A DNA stretch of 64,000 nucleotides, taken from assembly GCA_003971905.1 (NCBI GenBank), contig RSEE01000022.1, forward strand, positions 186,001 through 250,000, read 5' to 3'. The DNA comes from Moniliella sp. 'wahieum' (taxonomy: Eukaryota). Position numbers and translations under genes: made by a program. Below are positions 51,063 through 62,900 of this stretch, in pieces. The first letter of the stretch is position 1, and each line of letters opens with the position of its first letter. The notes beneath the pieces were generated by a model that saw only the letters and a list, made by a program, of their open reading frames with translations, was not told the origin of the DNA and made no database searches.

Positions 51063-53501
51063 GATGACTCTATCTTTTGCTTTTCCCCTCCTTCGTCTTG
51101 ATCTGCTTTCCCTCTTATTCCCTTTGACTACTTCACATTCTCCTACTATCTCTCTCTCCTTTAATAAACTATGGCACACTATAATGTGCCCCTCCGTGCC
51201 ATTTGATGTCGTGTTACTACTGCATAAGTGTACTAGCATAAAACTCTGTTGGTTAAGGACGCTTCTCCGGTGTTGCTTCACTGGGTCTCTAACACTCCGC
51301 GTCGCGTTCATCATCGCATTCGTGTGCCGTCTGCTGGGCACATATTCCACATTCAGTTCATTTCATGGCTTTTCGTGGAGCAGCATAAAATGTTGCCGAT
51401 AATTCGACGGTTAGCTTCCTCCCATACCGGGTCTGCCATTATACTATTACCTGTGTGAGTTTTGTGGTGCCGTGGAACAGGGTATTCTCCGACGAGCAAT
51501 CTACAGGAGAGGGGCCAGTCGGTCGAGCACAGAGAGCGGGATTGAGGGTACGAGTGAAGCGAAATGCGGAGCGGTAGTGGAGAGGCAGAGCACCAACTGC
51601 AGAGAAAGAGGACAGGAAAGGCGGGCGCGCGCGCGCAGCGCGAGCTAGCATGAGTATGAACGGGCCTTTGTGCCCTAGAGTCATGGCACCAGCCTAGGCT
51701 ATCTATATCACCCCGACGTCACAACAGTGTCACTAGTTCACTCTGCCAGTAGCCCTGTGGCTGGTCACCGGTCACCTGGTCGCGTCTATGCATGTCACGC
51801 GCCAACATCGAGATCATCCACAATCATCCATCATCCAGCCGATAGCAGGTGCAGGTTCCCGCTTCCACGTCTGTTCGCACCGAGCCTTCCTCCAAGAAAA
51901 ACTAGTACCACCACCCCTCAGTCCAAGCCATGTTGGTGGCGTTCACGTCCTTCAATATGCGCCACTTCCCCATGTTGGCCGAGCGGGAGATCGTGGAATG
52001 GCTTCTGTTCCAGGTCAAAGCGCTAGCGGGGGTCCATTCCCGCATGCCAAGGCCGAGGTGAAGCAAGTGGAGCACCTTTGGGGGCAGAATTCCCTTCTTC
52101 TTGGTATCTCTTCCCCTGTTGAGGGCGATGGCTAGACGGTGGTCATTACTGGCGCTCACTAGGGCTCGGCCCACATGATTCTTCTCTTTGCCCCCCCCTG
52201 GGATAGGCGATGAGATGGTTCGGGTACAGCCACTAGCATCTTGAAGGAGCTACGTGTGCTGTTGACACCGGCTTGGGTGTTCAAGGGGGAGTAAGATGTG
52301 GTGTGGCACTGGTACTCTTCTGAACAAAAGGCGGGTTTCTAGGTGGCGGGGGAGAAAATGTGGTGAGGGTGGACCTTCGTCAAGGCGGCTCAGTCGGGCT
52401 TTGGCTGCAATAGGTGTGACGGCCATGCCAAGCTCCCCGGGTCGAATGGGTAGGTGGGTCTCGAACCGGACTGGACGGGTTTTTGGAACGCCTGACTGGC
52501 ACGTACCCCACCGCCACCCCTTGGGGGGTAGATCCAACTGTATCGGATACGCAGGATCAGACCTTGGGTCCTGTGCACGCCTCAACGGATACTGGCGACG
52601 TTTGGGATTGGATGTCTGTTTGCAGATTCTAACATTCATGCCCCGTTCACACCAAGGAGGGCCTAACCATCATCGATGGCTGTGCCTGGGACCACCTAAA
52701 GCAGTTTGTTCGCCTGTCCACTGCATTCATGGTGAGGCGCTAGCAGACCAGAAGTATGCAACGAGTCTGCAGCGGTATTTCTTTTGAACTGAGGAAGTAG
52801 AGAAAAGTGGAGGGAAAGAGAAGGAAAGAGACAAAGTGGATTTTGGGGGGGGGGGCGCTTGGAGCGGTCTAGTCGGTCCCATCAGGGTAAATACGCATGC
52901 CGATGCGCTGGATGCAGTTCCGGCAGTATCGCCCCTGAGGTTTGTAGGCATACGTCAATACGCTTGACGGCGCCCGACATTCGGGCCGCTGGCATCTGGG
53001 AAGTGTGGAGCTCTGGACGTGAGTTGGCAATGCGCTCCTCTAGATGGGGCGACTGGACGGAGGACGTACCGCAAGCACAATGGCAGACGAATGGCACATC
53101 CCGCTGTCAAGCGCAATGGGCATGGTGGTAGCCGGAAAAACGTGGAAGGGCTATAGGGAGTATGACACCAAGAAGATGTGTCCGCCATGCGTTGGCGGGC
53201 AGCAAACAACATGGGGCTTATCCAGCTATCACAGGCCCTGGGATAGTGCCAACTCGAATTGAGTGGTGTTGTTTGACGTGCTTCCTTCGATGGCAGGCGC
53301 CGTTCGATACGGAAGCTTATATTTTGGGTCCGCTGGCACACCGTGGGAGCCGCCCAGTTCGCACATAGCATAAACTCAAAAAATCCGCCCACAAAGCGCA
53401 GCGCCCTGCGCGCCTACGCCCCGCTCCTGCTCCCATTTTCACTCATCCTGCTATCCGCCGGATATCGAGATGGGGTCAAACGAGGGCAAACCTATGCTTA
53501 T

Positions 53502-53530
53502 TCAACGTTCAGTTGAACTTTGAACGTTGA
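53502..53530. repeat. ACGT lattice TCA ACGT TCA gt TGA ACTT TGA ACGT TGA
   Basis: Read directly. Confidence 0.8.
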
Positions 53531-53889
53531 CTACTGCCGAGTCTACCTGGTCGTCGCGGCCCAGATCGCACGCGACCGTACCACCTCGACTGGTTCATAA
53601 TTCATGACACCCCCATTTGTTCAATCTACACAACCACCTCTTTCATATTGCGAGCTCCGGAATGGTGACACAAGGGACGATGGAGAGGAGAGCATGTTCC
53701 ATGGATGGGGACAAGGTACATGAAGACTAGGAAGGGAAGGGGATCGCAGCAAGGCGGATAGATTTTTCTTTCTCAACCTGAGCCGAGGTTATCCTCGCAA
53801 GGAAGATGTTCACGGAGCAAGGAGAGCAACAGGGGGAAGCACTGAATACGCCGTGGAACAGGCGTAGCTACCCACCACAGGACAGGTCC

Positions 53890-54809
53890 TTAAGCGCCCA
53901 ACGAGGGGAAGGCCTTGGAGTCACCGAGGTTAACGTCCGGCTGGCGGCTGCCCTGGTTGGCACGGCCGCCGCGACCGCGGCCGTTGCCGGCACCACGGCC
54001 ACGAGGAGCGCCACGGCCACGGCCAGAGAAGCCGGGGCCATCACGGGGACGCCCCCGGCCCGCAGTGGGGGGAGCAAAGGAGAAGGCAGTGTCAATCTGC
54101 TCGAACGACTTGTCCTTCTTGGCCTTGTGGGCCTTCTCCTTGTTGATGGCAGCGAAGTACGACTCCTCAGCCTCAGTGGCCTTGGTAACCTTCTTGCCCT
54201 CCTGGGGGGCAGCCTCAACCTGGCGGATCTCGCGCTTGGGAGCAATCGCGGCCTTCTTTTCAGCGAGCGAGGCAAGGTACTCGTCGAGGGTCAGAGTCTT
54301 GTCCTCAGGCTCGGCCGGAGCGGCCTCCTCAGCGGGGGCGTCAGCAGGGGCAGCCTCTTCAGCCTTAGCGTCGGCCTTGCCCTCGTCCTCAGCCTCGAGC
54401 TCGCGCTTGGGGTCAGCACCGCCCCATCCCTGCTCAACGGTCTTGGCCGTGTCAGTGTGGGCAGTAGCCGAGTGCCGGTCGAACTGGCGTCCGTGGCCGC
54501 CGCCACGGGCGCGACCACCACGGCCACGGCCACGGGTCTCACCTGCTCCAGAAGGTTAGCTAGTGTTGCAACAAGGGGAGAAACGTACCACGGGGCGCAC
54601 GGCGGTTCTCACGGGGCACGTTGCCGGCAGCGGCGAAGGACTCCTCCTTGGGCGCGGCAGGGCCCTTGCGGTTGTTCTGGCGCTTAGGCGCACCGGGCAC
54701 CTCACGGGCTTGGGCGCGTCGGCCTTCTTGGGCGCAGCCTTGGCAGGCGCCTGGGCGGGAGAACCGTCCTCGCTAAGGAGCGCAAAGGGTTGGACGAGGC
54801 AAAGCTCAT
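53890..54809 (-). CDS. STM1: Stm1/HABP4-PAI-RBP1 family ribosome-associated RNA-binding protein
   Basis: MSFASSNPFALL N-terminus, RGG tracts, FDRHSATAHTDTAKTVEQGWG, TLDEYLA, C-terminal VNLGDSKAFPSLGA-stop; two short introns near 54690 and 54560. Confidence 0.85.
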
Positions 54810-55101
54810 GCCGACGACGACGATGGGGGTGGGAGGAGCAGCTGGAGGGAAAGAGAAGCCCAAGCAACGACCTTCAGCTAGTTCGCAGCTTGCCTGCTGG
54901 GACCAAACCAGGCCGCACAAGGACAGTGTACCGCAAATCTTGCCGCAGCATACTCAGAACTAGGGTTAGACGTGGTATATTAGGTAAGGTGTTCAGTGGC
55001 CCGACCTTGACGTTTCCATTTCTCGATTTCGAGGAACCGCCTCGCAGGCGGCCTCTGTGTGTCTACCAGGCTCTACCTCAGTCTCCCCTCATGCCTCGGT
55101 C

Positions 55102-55172
55102 TCAGGCCTCAGGGTCTGCTCAATATACCTCAGGCCTGAGAATGGCCTCAATCCTCACTAGCTCACTAGTCA
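55102..55172. repeat. TNA-palindrome units in the STM1 promoter / tRNA downstream interval
   Basis: TCA GGCC TCA 55102; TCA GGCC TGA 55130; TCA CTAG TCA 55163. Confidence 0.8.
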
Positions 55173-55446
55173 CTGGCATCAGTACTGTAGTCACTTATTC
55201 AGCTTGACTTCGCCGGCCCACTCACTCCATTGAGCGTCCCACACTGGACTGTACCCCAGGAAGCCGGACTTGCATTGCACCTTGGTCCCGTTCCATAGCT
55301 GCGTGCTACAGGTCACGGAGAGACCAGTTGGCTATGGGCACCCTCAGTAGTGGCCAAGCCGTACGCGGTCCGGCGGAGTCGGCCAATTTCATTTCAAGCC
55401 TTTTATTGGTTAGATCCTGGATCCGTGCGCGGCAGATTGTCTGAGC

Positions 55447-55452
55447 AAAAAA
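55447..55452 (-). terminator. RNA polymerase III oligo-T terminator of tRNA-Glu
   Basis: T6 run on the minus strand just 3' of the tRNA discriminator base. Confidence 0.75.
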
Positions 55453-55453
55453 G

Positions 55454-55541
55454 TTCCCCGACCGGGAGTCGAACCCGGGTCTTGACGGTTCCCCACAATG
55501 GAAATGAGAGCGTCACATCATAGCCGTTGGACCATCGAGGA
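55454..55541 (-). tRNA. tRNA-Glu (anticodon CTC) with a 16-nt canonical intron
   Basis: Minus strand TCCTCGA-TGGTCCAACGGCTATGATG-TGACG-CT-CTC-A-[TTTCCATTGTGGGGAA]-C-CGTCA-AGAC-CCGGG-TTCGACT-CCCGG-TCGGGGA-A; acceptor, anticodon and T stems pair; intron after position 37. Confidence 0.95.
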
Positions 55542-55777
55542 TTGAATGTTTGAAACGCATTGACAAAGTAAGTGCGCAGTAGTTGACTGGTGATTAGTTA
55601 TTTGTTTCGTAGCGTAACTTTTCTTAACAAAAAGTGGCTCAGGCAACTAAGCCGATACTTTGTGAGCATCTATGTTACAGCAAACCCCTACGACGTTGGG
55701 AAAACTTAGTAGGTGTTACCACACCCCTCTGTGGTGGCAAATATACACCAAACCGCGCATCCATGTATAGTAACCGC

Positions 55778-56864
55778 GTGTCACAGTCAGGGCTATATGA
55801 AGGCGAGGGAGAGACGGGACCAGGCCAAAAAGAAATGTGGCAATCGTTCGTACAGAAGAAGCACGCGGTGGGGAAGAAGCAAGAAAGAGAAGATAGTGCG
55901 AAGCAGAGCCGCAGGAAAGGCGCGGGAGCCTCGTGATGAGAAGAAATTGGAAATGGGAGCGAGATCACAGCCAAACGATGACATCCTGTGCCGGAACACG
56001 TCCCCATCCCTTCTCAACGGTTTCCATCCCAGCCCAATGCAGTAGCGATAGGCTGGCAGTCGACCTGGGTGCAGTATCCGATGAAAAATTTAGTTTTCCA
56101 GCAATGCCCACAGGGAGGTGAGGGTGCAGGGGGAAGGAACCGCCAATACCAAAAGGCCAATTGGACAGGTGAACTTGCCATCGTACCCCCGAGACATCGC
56201 CCGCCCCGGCGACGGCACCGAAGACGCTCTGCTAGAGACGCTAAAGAGACTGGCGACCTGGTCCAAGTACCTGTTGGCAAGACGTGGTTCCAACGTGGCT
56301 GGAACCGTGCGTTCCGTCACGGAAGTACCAAGGACAAGATTACTTTGTTATCAGTGCCGTGCTCATTATTCCTGGCGTATATTTGACAGTCGCGGGTAGT
56401 GACTTGACCGTAGTGGCGACGAAGAACGATGTGGCGGCGGGCAAGGGAATCCTTTCTCGTGCCAAGACAATAGCGTCTAATTATGAACTCTTTTCCGCCT
56501 TCAGTCACCGGCGACCCAGGACGGCCAACAAGATGTTTGAGCACCGGAAAAGTCTTACTGAGAGGAGTCTCATAAGGGATGGTTCATTGCTCACACGTCG
56601 TGTCTATACCACGCACGTGTCCACCGCGCTCATTCACACCCACTCGCGCTGCATCCAGCTCCCTCACACTCTTATTCACGTCTGCGGCATCAGAGTGAGC
56701 TGACTACATTGGCACATGCTCTGCCTGAACACCTCCATCGCAACAACGGTTTCCGTTCCAGTCCAATACAATAGAACAAGGATGTGGCAGCCGACCTGTG
56801 GATGAATTAACCACCGGGGGGGCTGTTACCAGTGACTAGAAAGAAAGTCCTGCTCAACTTGAAT
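55778..56864 (+). repeat. Mosaic of diverged copies of neighbouring loci (44.1-44.3 kb segment and the 3' end of the forkhead gene)
   Basis: 55778-55983 ~ 44112-44283; 55982-56242 ~ 59881-60110; 56661-56798 ~ 59823-59962; 56818-56864 ~ 60704-60749. Confidence 0.8.
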
Positions 56865-57551
56865 GAGTTGATTCTCCGCGGTATGATGTTCAGCATGCTT
56901 GTGCCAGTCCCCGCATAACATGTTTGCTATATATGCACCACAGGCTATATACACGGCAGCAGTAGGCTAATATCATTATAGAGAGGCTGTGGGCCTTTGT
57001 GATCAGAGAGCCACAGCAGGACGGCTCGTGCGTTTGGCCCAAAATGTCTTCGGTCACTAGCTCATACAGTCTCAGATCTCACAGCAAACCATTCATTGCG
57101 GCAGAGGATGTGTGCTGGAGGCACATGAGTGGGAGGATGTGTCTCAAAAATGGGACTGGCTATCCCAACAGGTCAACTGGTACAAAAATGAGACAAATCG
57201 CATGCATCACACCTACTGATATTCCAATGGGGCCCCGCCTATCGATCGCCTATCATACATGCATCATGCATCGCACATCGACAATCCGCGCACGCACTGC
57301 CCCCATGCCGCCGCCCCACTAGCCCAACTGGCCGCACGGCGTCACTGTGTGCGCCTAAAGTACGCTCGCATGCCAGGCACTGGCGCTGTGCCCAGGCGGG
57401 CCCAGCAGTGCTCCGAGGGCACCCGAGCCTCGACCACGCCCGCTCCCTGGCCGCATAAAAGGCCTGCACACCACCATTTGGCCCTCTTCTTTCTCCCACC
57501 ACCGCCTGCCCTCATCCCTTCGACGCCGGCAAACGACACACAGCATCTGCA

Positions 57552-59305
57552 ATGGCCCCGCTCAAGTCGTCTACCTTCTCCCGCCACCCGCGCGTCGGCC
57601 AGCTTGGCCCACGCCTCAAGCAGGCCCTCCCGCACAAGGGACACAAAGCCAGCACCCTCCTCCGTCCTTGCCTTAACCCTTCCCTCCCACGTCCAGCGCC
57701 CGCGTCCCCATTGCTCCCCACCCCTCTTCCTGCGCAGGCTCCGCTTCCGATGCCCCGGCCGATTTGCAATCTGCCACGCCGGCGCCACGCCACCGGTGCT
57801 GTTCCTCATCGGACACCTAGTGGTGCAGGAGCACCACCTGCTGCCATCGCCACCGCTGCCAGGGTTGTACCCGCCACGACGCCCCCTCCAGTGTTGCGCA
57901 AGCGCGCGAATGAGAACGTCTTTGCCACTTTTTACACACCAGCACCCAAACGGCACCAAGCGAAGCATGCTCGCATCGCTGAAAACCACAATACCACCCA
58001 TTATTTCTCGCCCTATCCCAGTGAAAACCCAATAAGCGTACGTTACCCTACATGCGCCCACAACTTGGAAGCTAACTCTGATATTCACGTGCAGCCTGCT
58101 GTTGCTGACGAGGTGCAAGCCGATCCAGTGGAACTGGACAATCTCGCCAGCGTTGGTGGCACCCAAGTCATTGGCCCCATCCTGCGTTTTTCCCGGAGCG
58201 ACAGCAGCGCCTATCTTCTGGCGCAGCGATACATCATTACCGGGGACCGTGGCAAGACCCCCTATGGACATGCAATGCTGGCCCATGACATGGTCACCAA
58301 CCAAGAGGTGATGATCAATGTCAGCCACACCGCTACGGACATGCGTGCCGAGAGCATGCGCCAGGCCCGGATCCTGCATGCAGTGGGAGCCATGAAGCCG
58401 GACGTCATTGGCTGGGTGCATGTGCGCGAGGTGTTTCTCTACAACCACGACCGCCTTTGCATCGTGTTTGACAACAAGGCTTGCACGCTGGACCGCTTTA
58501 TTAAGCACGATCTCCATGGCCGTGGACTCCCACTGGAGCACATTCAGGCCATCATGAAGCAACTGCTTCTCTTTCTCGCCTCCCTTCATGACCAGGGATT
58601 CGTCCATGGCAATCTGACCGCAGAACACATTCGGTTCGACAGCACCGCCGCCGCTCTCATCCCCAATCCCTCCAAGGACGGCGAGGTGGTTCCGTTCCTC
58701 ACTTCGTCAATGGTCCACATGACTGGTGCGGGTAACATCCGCATTCGTCCCAGCACCAAACCGAGTGCGCTTCCCAAGGCCTATCTTCCCCCGAGGCGCT
58801 CCTTGGCACCCACGCCTGGTCGGCTCCCCTCGACATGTGGGCAGCTGGGTGTGTGATGCTGGAGCTGATGACGGGTAAGCTTCCATTTGGACCCCATCAG
58901 CGCGATGTCTGGCCAACGCAGGAGGCGTACAACCAGTACAAAGCAGAGAAGCACGCCTTTGAGGCCAGCGACACACCTCTCTTGGCGCAGATGCAGAGCG
59001 CGCTGGGTGTGATGCCCAACAGCCTGCTGGCCAATCTCCCGGCCGACAAGCGTCAGCAGCTCTTCTTCCCCGATGGCACTGTGCGCACCACCAAGCCGAT
59101 CCCATCCACCCCACTTTCTCGGTACCAGTACCATCAGAACGAAGCAAAGTACATGAGCTACGACATTTGCTTCCGGGACCTTGTCGGTCAACTTCTCGAG
59201 CTGGAGCCCAGTCTGCGCATCTCGGCCGAGCAGGCCTTGAAGCACCGCTTCTTTGACCTCCAGCGTGGCACGGACTACCCACGCAACATTCACCTGCCGC
59301 AGTAA
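57552..59305 (+). CDS. LAMMER/CLK-like protein kinase fold, predicted pseudokinase
   Basis: RYIITGDRGKTPYG, HDRLCIVFD, PLEHIQAIMKQLL..LHDQGFVHGNL, YLPPE..LG..WSAPLDMWAAGC, LLAQMQSALG (LAMMER position), RISAEQALKHRFF; one frameshift near 58795. Confidence 0.8.
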
Positions 59306-59993
59306 CCGTTATCCGGTTTACTTTTTTACTCGGTCCAGCGCCCGACCACAAAATCCAGTCGGGCATGTCGAGTGTATGGTAGGAAGATGTCCACCGCTCC
59401 TACTGTGTACCCCCGCCAACCAATGGGTTGGCAACATGTTGGGCGTGGGCCCCCTCTCCTGATAAGCGATGAGAAGGACAGATTTAACGAGGTCGAGCAC
59501 ATCGCTTCCTCGGCCCTGCCTCAGGGTTTATCGACCTACTACTCGTCTGCGCCATTATTGGAGCATATAACGACCAAAAATCATCTGGTCCCTCCGGTCA
59601 AGTGCCGGACGCGTCCGACCCCGTCACGGGAACCGGATCCTTTTACTTATCTCCTTTTTTCGCTTTCCCATATACCGCGGAGCTATCGTATTCAATTGAA
59701 TGACCGTCTCTTCAGATGAATGATGCAAATCCCCTCTTTCGTAGTGAGCTAGGGACGCCACACCCACCGACAGCAGCCTGTACTATATACATGTACTAGG
59801 GTAGCCGCGGGTTCTCCGACTTCCCTCCTCTTATCGCTTTTTTACATCTGTGTTGCAACAGAGCGAGCTACATTCTGGTGCATCCTGCCTGAATAACACG
59901 TCCATCCCTTCAACCGTTTCCATCCCAGTCCAATGCAGTAGCTAGGCTGGCAGTCGACCTGGGTGCATTATCCAAAATACAGCTTTCCGATGC

Positions 59994-62900
59994 TCAGGGC
60001 GGTGGGGGCGCAGGAGGAACGGAACCACCAACACCATGAACAGGTGAAGTTGCCATCGTACCTGAGACCTCGCCCGCGGGCGGCGGCACAGAGACGCTGC
60101 CACAGACGCTGCGGCTGGTACAGATGCAACAGGGGATGGCGACCCTGTCGAAGCGAGCCCGGACGACACACTCGACTTGGCCTTCTTGGTGGCCAGGATG
60201 AGCAGCTTCCGCTGGGCGGGCGAGAGCTTGGTTACATCTAATTTCTGTCCTCGCTGCAGCATGGCAATCAAGCCCGCCGCTTCCGGGTGGCCTTTAAGCG
60301 CGTCCAACGGTGAGGATTTCCCTTTGGGCGTGGAAGAAGAAGCGGGTGCGGGTAACACAGCGGACTTGATGGAGCTGCTTGCTCCAGTGGTCGCAGACGT
60401 CTCGGGAGCGCTCCCAAGTGAGGAAGTAGTCTGAGAGGACAATGCCACAGTAGGAACATCCAACCCAGGTGGGGCAAGGAGGTCGAGGAAGGTAATGGCG
60501 CATTCTTCGGGGACAGAGAGGAGCTATCCCTTGCAAGAGCGGGCGCCACGGAAGAAGGCGGGGTTGGCGACAGCCTCTGCCCGAGTGCGGTTGCTGGCAC
60601 AGGTGTAGGTTCAGGTGCAGGTGCAGGTGCAGGTGCAGGTGCAGGTGCCGCTGCTGACACAACGTCCACAGCTTCTTCCTGTGCAAGTCCCCCCTCTGCT
60701 TCCGGGGTTGCTACCAGTGGCGGGAGAGAAAGTTCTGCTCGACTTGAATCCGTAGTGGGGACGGAAGGGGGAGGGGAGAAGCGCTCGTCCTTGCTGTTGG
60801 ATCCGTGGGGGGTACGGGAGGGGGAAGGGGCTGAGCTCCCACGGCGGCAGGCACCGGATGGACCGCAGAAACTGTCGTGAGAGGGGAGTCACAGCTGGCA
60901 GCTTTGAAGCTGCTGTACCTGACGATGTGGCGGTGTGTTGCCCGCTACTGAAGGAGGCTCAACTGGAGGACCTAAGGAAGTTGTGGTGGCCACGGGAACT
61001 GCTGGACCGGCACCAAGAGGGGCCCCTGAGGGTGCAGGAATCGATACCGGAGTAGACACCTTAGGTGATCCTGGAGCAGGGGACTCCTTCGTATGGCGCT
61101 TCTTCTTCTTCTTGATGCGATGACGTAGGTATACCTTAAGGCGTTCCTGTACGTTGGCCAGAGCAGCGGTAAACCCTTTCGCTTCAAGCGCTTGAACTTC
61201 TTCCGCCGACAGGGGGAACACATCCGGATTCAAGTAGAGCGTCCCTTCGTGCACAACCAACGGTGGACCAGAGAGTAGTTTCTCCAGTTGCCCCTGTGGT
61301 GCGGCAGCATGAGCAGAAGGAGGAGGAGGTCCGACAATGATCTTAATTTGACCTTCGGTCATGGGCGCGGCGGGAGTGACGGGTGCAGGTACGGGAGCGA
61401 CGGAGGTCGGGGACCCAGCCGCAGGGACTTCAGACGGGGGAATGGGCGATCTGGCAGGAACAGCAAGGCTCGTGGTGGGGGCGGGAGATGCCTTCGTGGC
61501 TGGTGGAAGAGAAGGAGATCCAGCGTCGTGTTGTGATTTAGCCCACTGCCCAGCAGGGTAGAAGCGAGAGCGTAAAACAACCCTTTCTTTGGGTACTGTC
61601 CTCGGGCGTCCGCGGGACCCTCACCACATCCTTAGCAGAGGTGAGAGCATGACGGATGGCACTGTGCCAATCATGCCCGTTTGCCCGGTTGTGGGTACGG
61701 TACCACGACCATTTGTCCGCAATCCAGTCGTATAGTTCATGCAACGTCATCTTACCTCCTTTCTGGGTTGCTTGCGGCGAACCCAATGCCATTGTGACAA
61801 GGACTTGGTTGGAGATCGCTGGGCGGTCATCAGGTGGTCCCGACGCACTGAGCGGCGCACCAGGGAGGAAGGGGGGCAAGGATGGCATCCCCATTCCTCC
61901 TACGCCTCCCATGGAAAGGAAATGGATACGCAAAAGGCATAGTGGGGAACATTCCGGGCCCAAACATAGGCGGGAACCCCATCTGCGACCCCATCCAAGG
62001 AGGCACCTCGGGCTTGTCGGGTCGGAGGGGGACAGCCTTGGGAAGTGGCAAATCTGTAGGGGGAGATGCAGAAGGAAGAGACGACGGCTTGCTCACCGGA
62101 GAAGGGATGCTCCCAACAGTTGCGGAAGTAGCTGTTGAGTCCACTTCGAGGCGAGTTTTCTCCTTCTCCTTCTTCTCCAGAGGCCCATCTTTATCCTTGA
62201 GAGTGAGCTTGTCCTTGTTCTTGACGGAATTCTTGGCAGTAAGCGGGTTCTTATCAGTGCCCTTCTCTTTGCCCTTCTCTTTCTCCTTCTCCAAGTCCAT
62301 CTCTTTGGCAGGGACTTTTTGCTTATCCTTGCCTGGCACTTTGTCCTGGGCGCCCACCTTCTCCTTCTCCGTCGCAGTCTTCTTCCGCTCCCGCTCCCTC
62401 CTCTCGCGATTGGCCTTGCGCCGCGCCGCGTCGACGGCCTCGATACCAATAGGCTCTCCGACGCGAGGGACATGGCTATCATCCTTGTCCGTACGTTTCC
62501 TCTTGCGAGAAGTGCCGTTGCTCTTTCCTTTGTCCTTGTCCTTCTCTTCCTTGACTTTAGCATCTTTGTCCTTCGGGTACTTCCCCTTCTCGTCCTCCTC
62601 CTCCTTCAAAGGTCGTGCAGGCTTGGCACGCTTCTTAAGCCGTAGTTTCGGTTCCTTACGAGGGGGAGGAGCAGACAGCTCATCAGCCATCTCTCCTTCA
62701 GAGAGAGAGAGTTCCCCGCTACCAATTGAAACAGACCTAATGCTCGACTGGGGGAGCGAGTCGCTGTCTTCCTGCTCTTGGACAGGAAGGAGGGGGGGTG
62801 ACAGTGCTTCGGGCTCAGGTGGAGGGAGCACAAAGTAAAACACGCGCTCCGAGATCTGGACCTTGGTTCTTGGCATGAAGTCAGTCTTGACCGAAACAGA

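Noticed and set aside
51727..53392. Possible small gene between the ABC transporter and STM1
   Set aside because: Only short ORFs without recognisable motifs; insufficient support.
53806..54687. 293-aa plus-strand ORF
   Set aside because: Antisense shadow of the strongly codon-biased STM1-like gene.
55933..55985. GTGATGA as the C box of a snoRNA within the duplicated segment
   Set aside because: The paralogous copy at 44.2 kb lacks the box, and no convincing terminal D box or stem was found.
60611..60648. (CAGGTG)n hexamer repeat; also (GGCTCG)n at ~13970-14003
   Set aside because: Coding microsatellites giving Ala-Pro and Gly-Ser dipeptide runs; not part of the 7-bp lattice.
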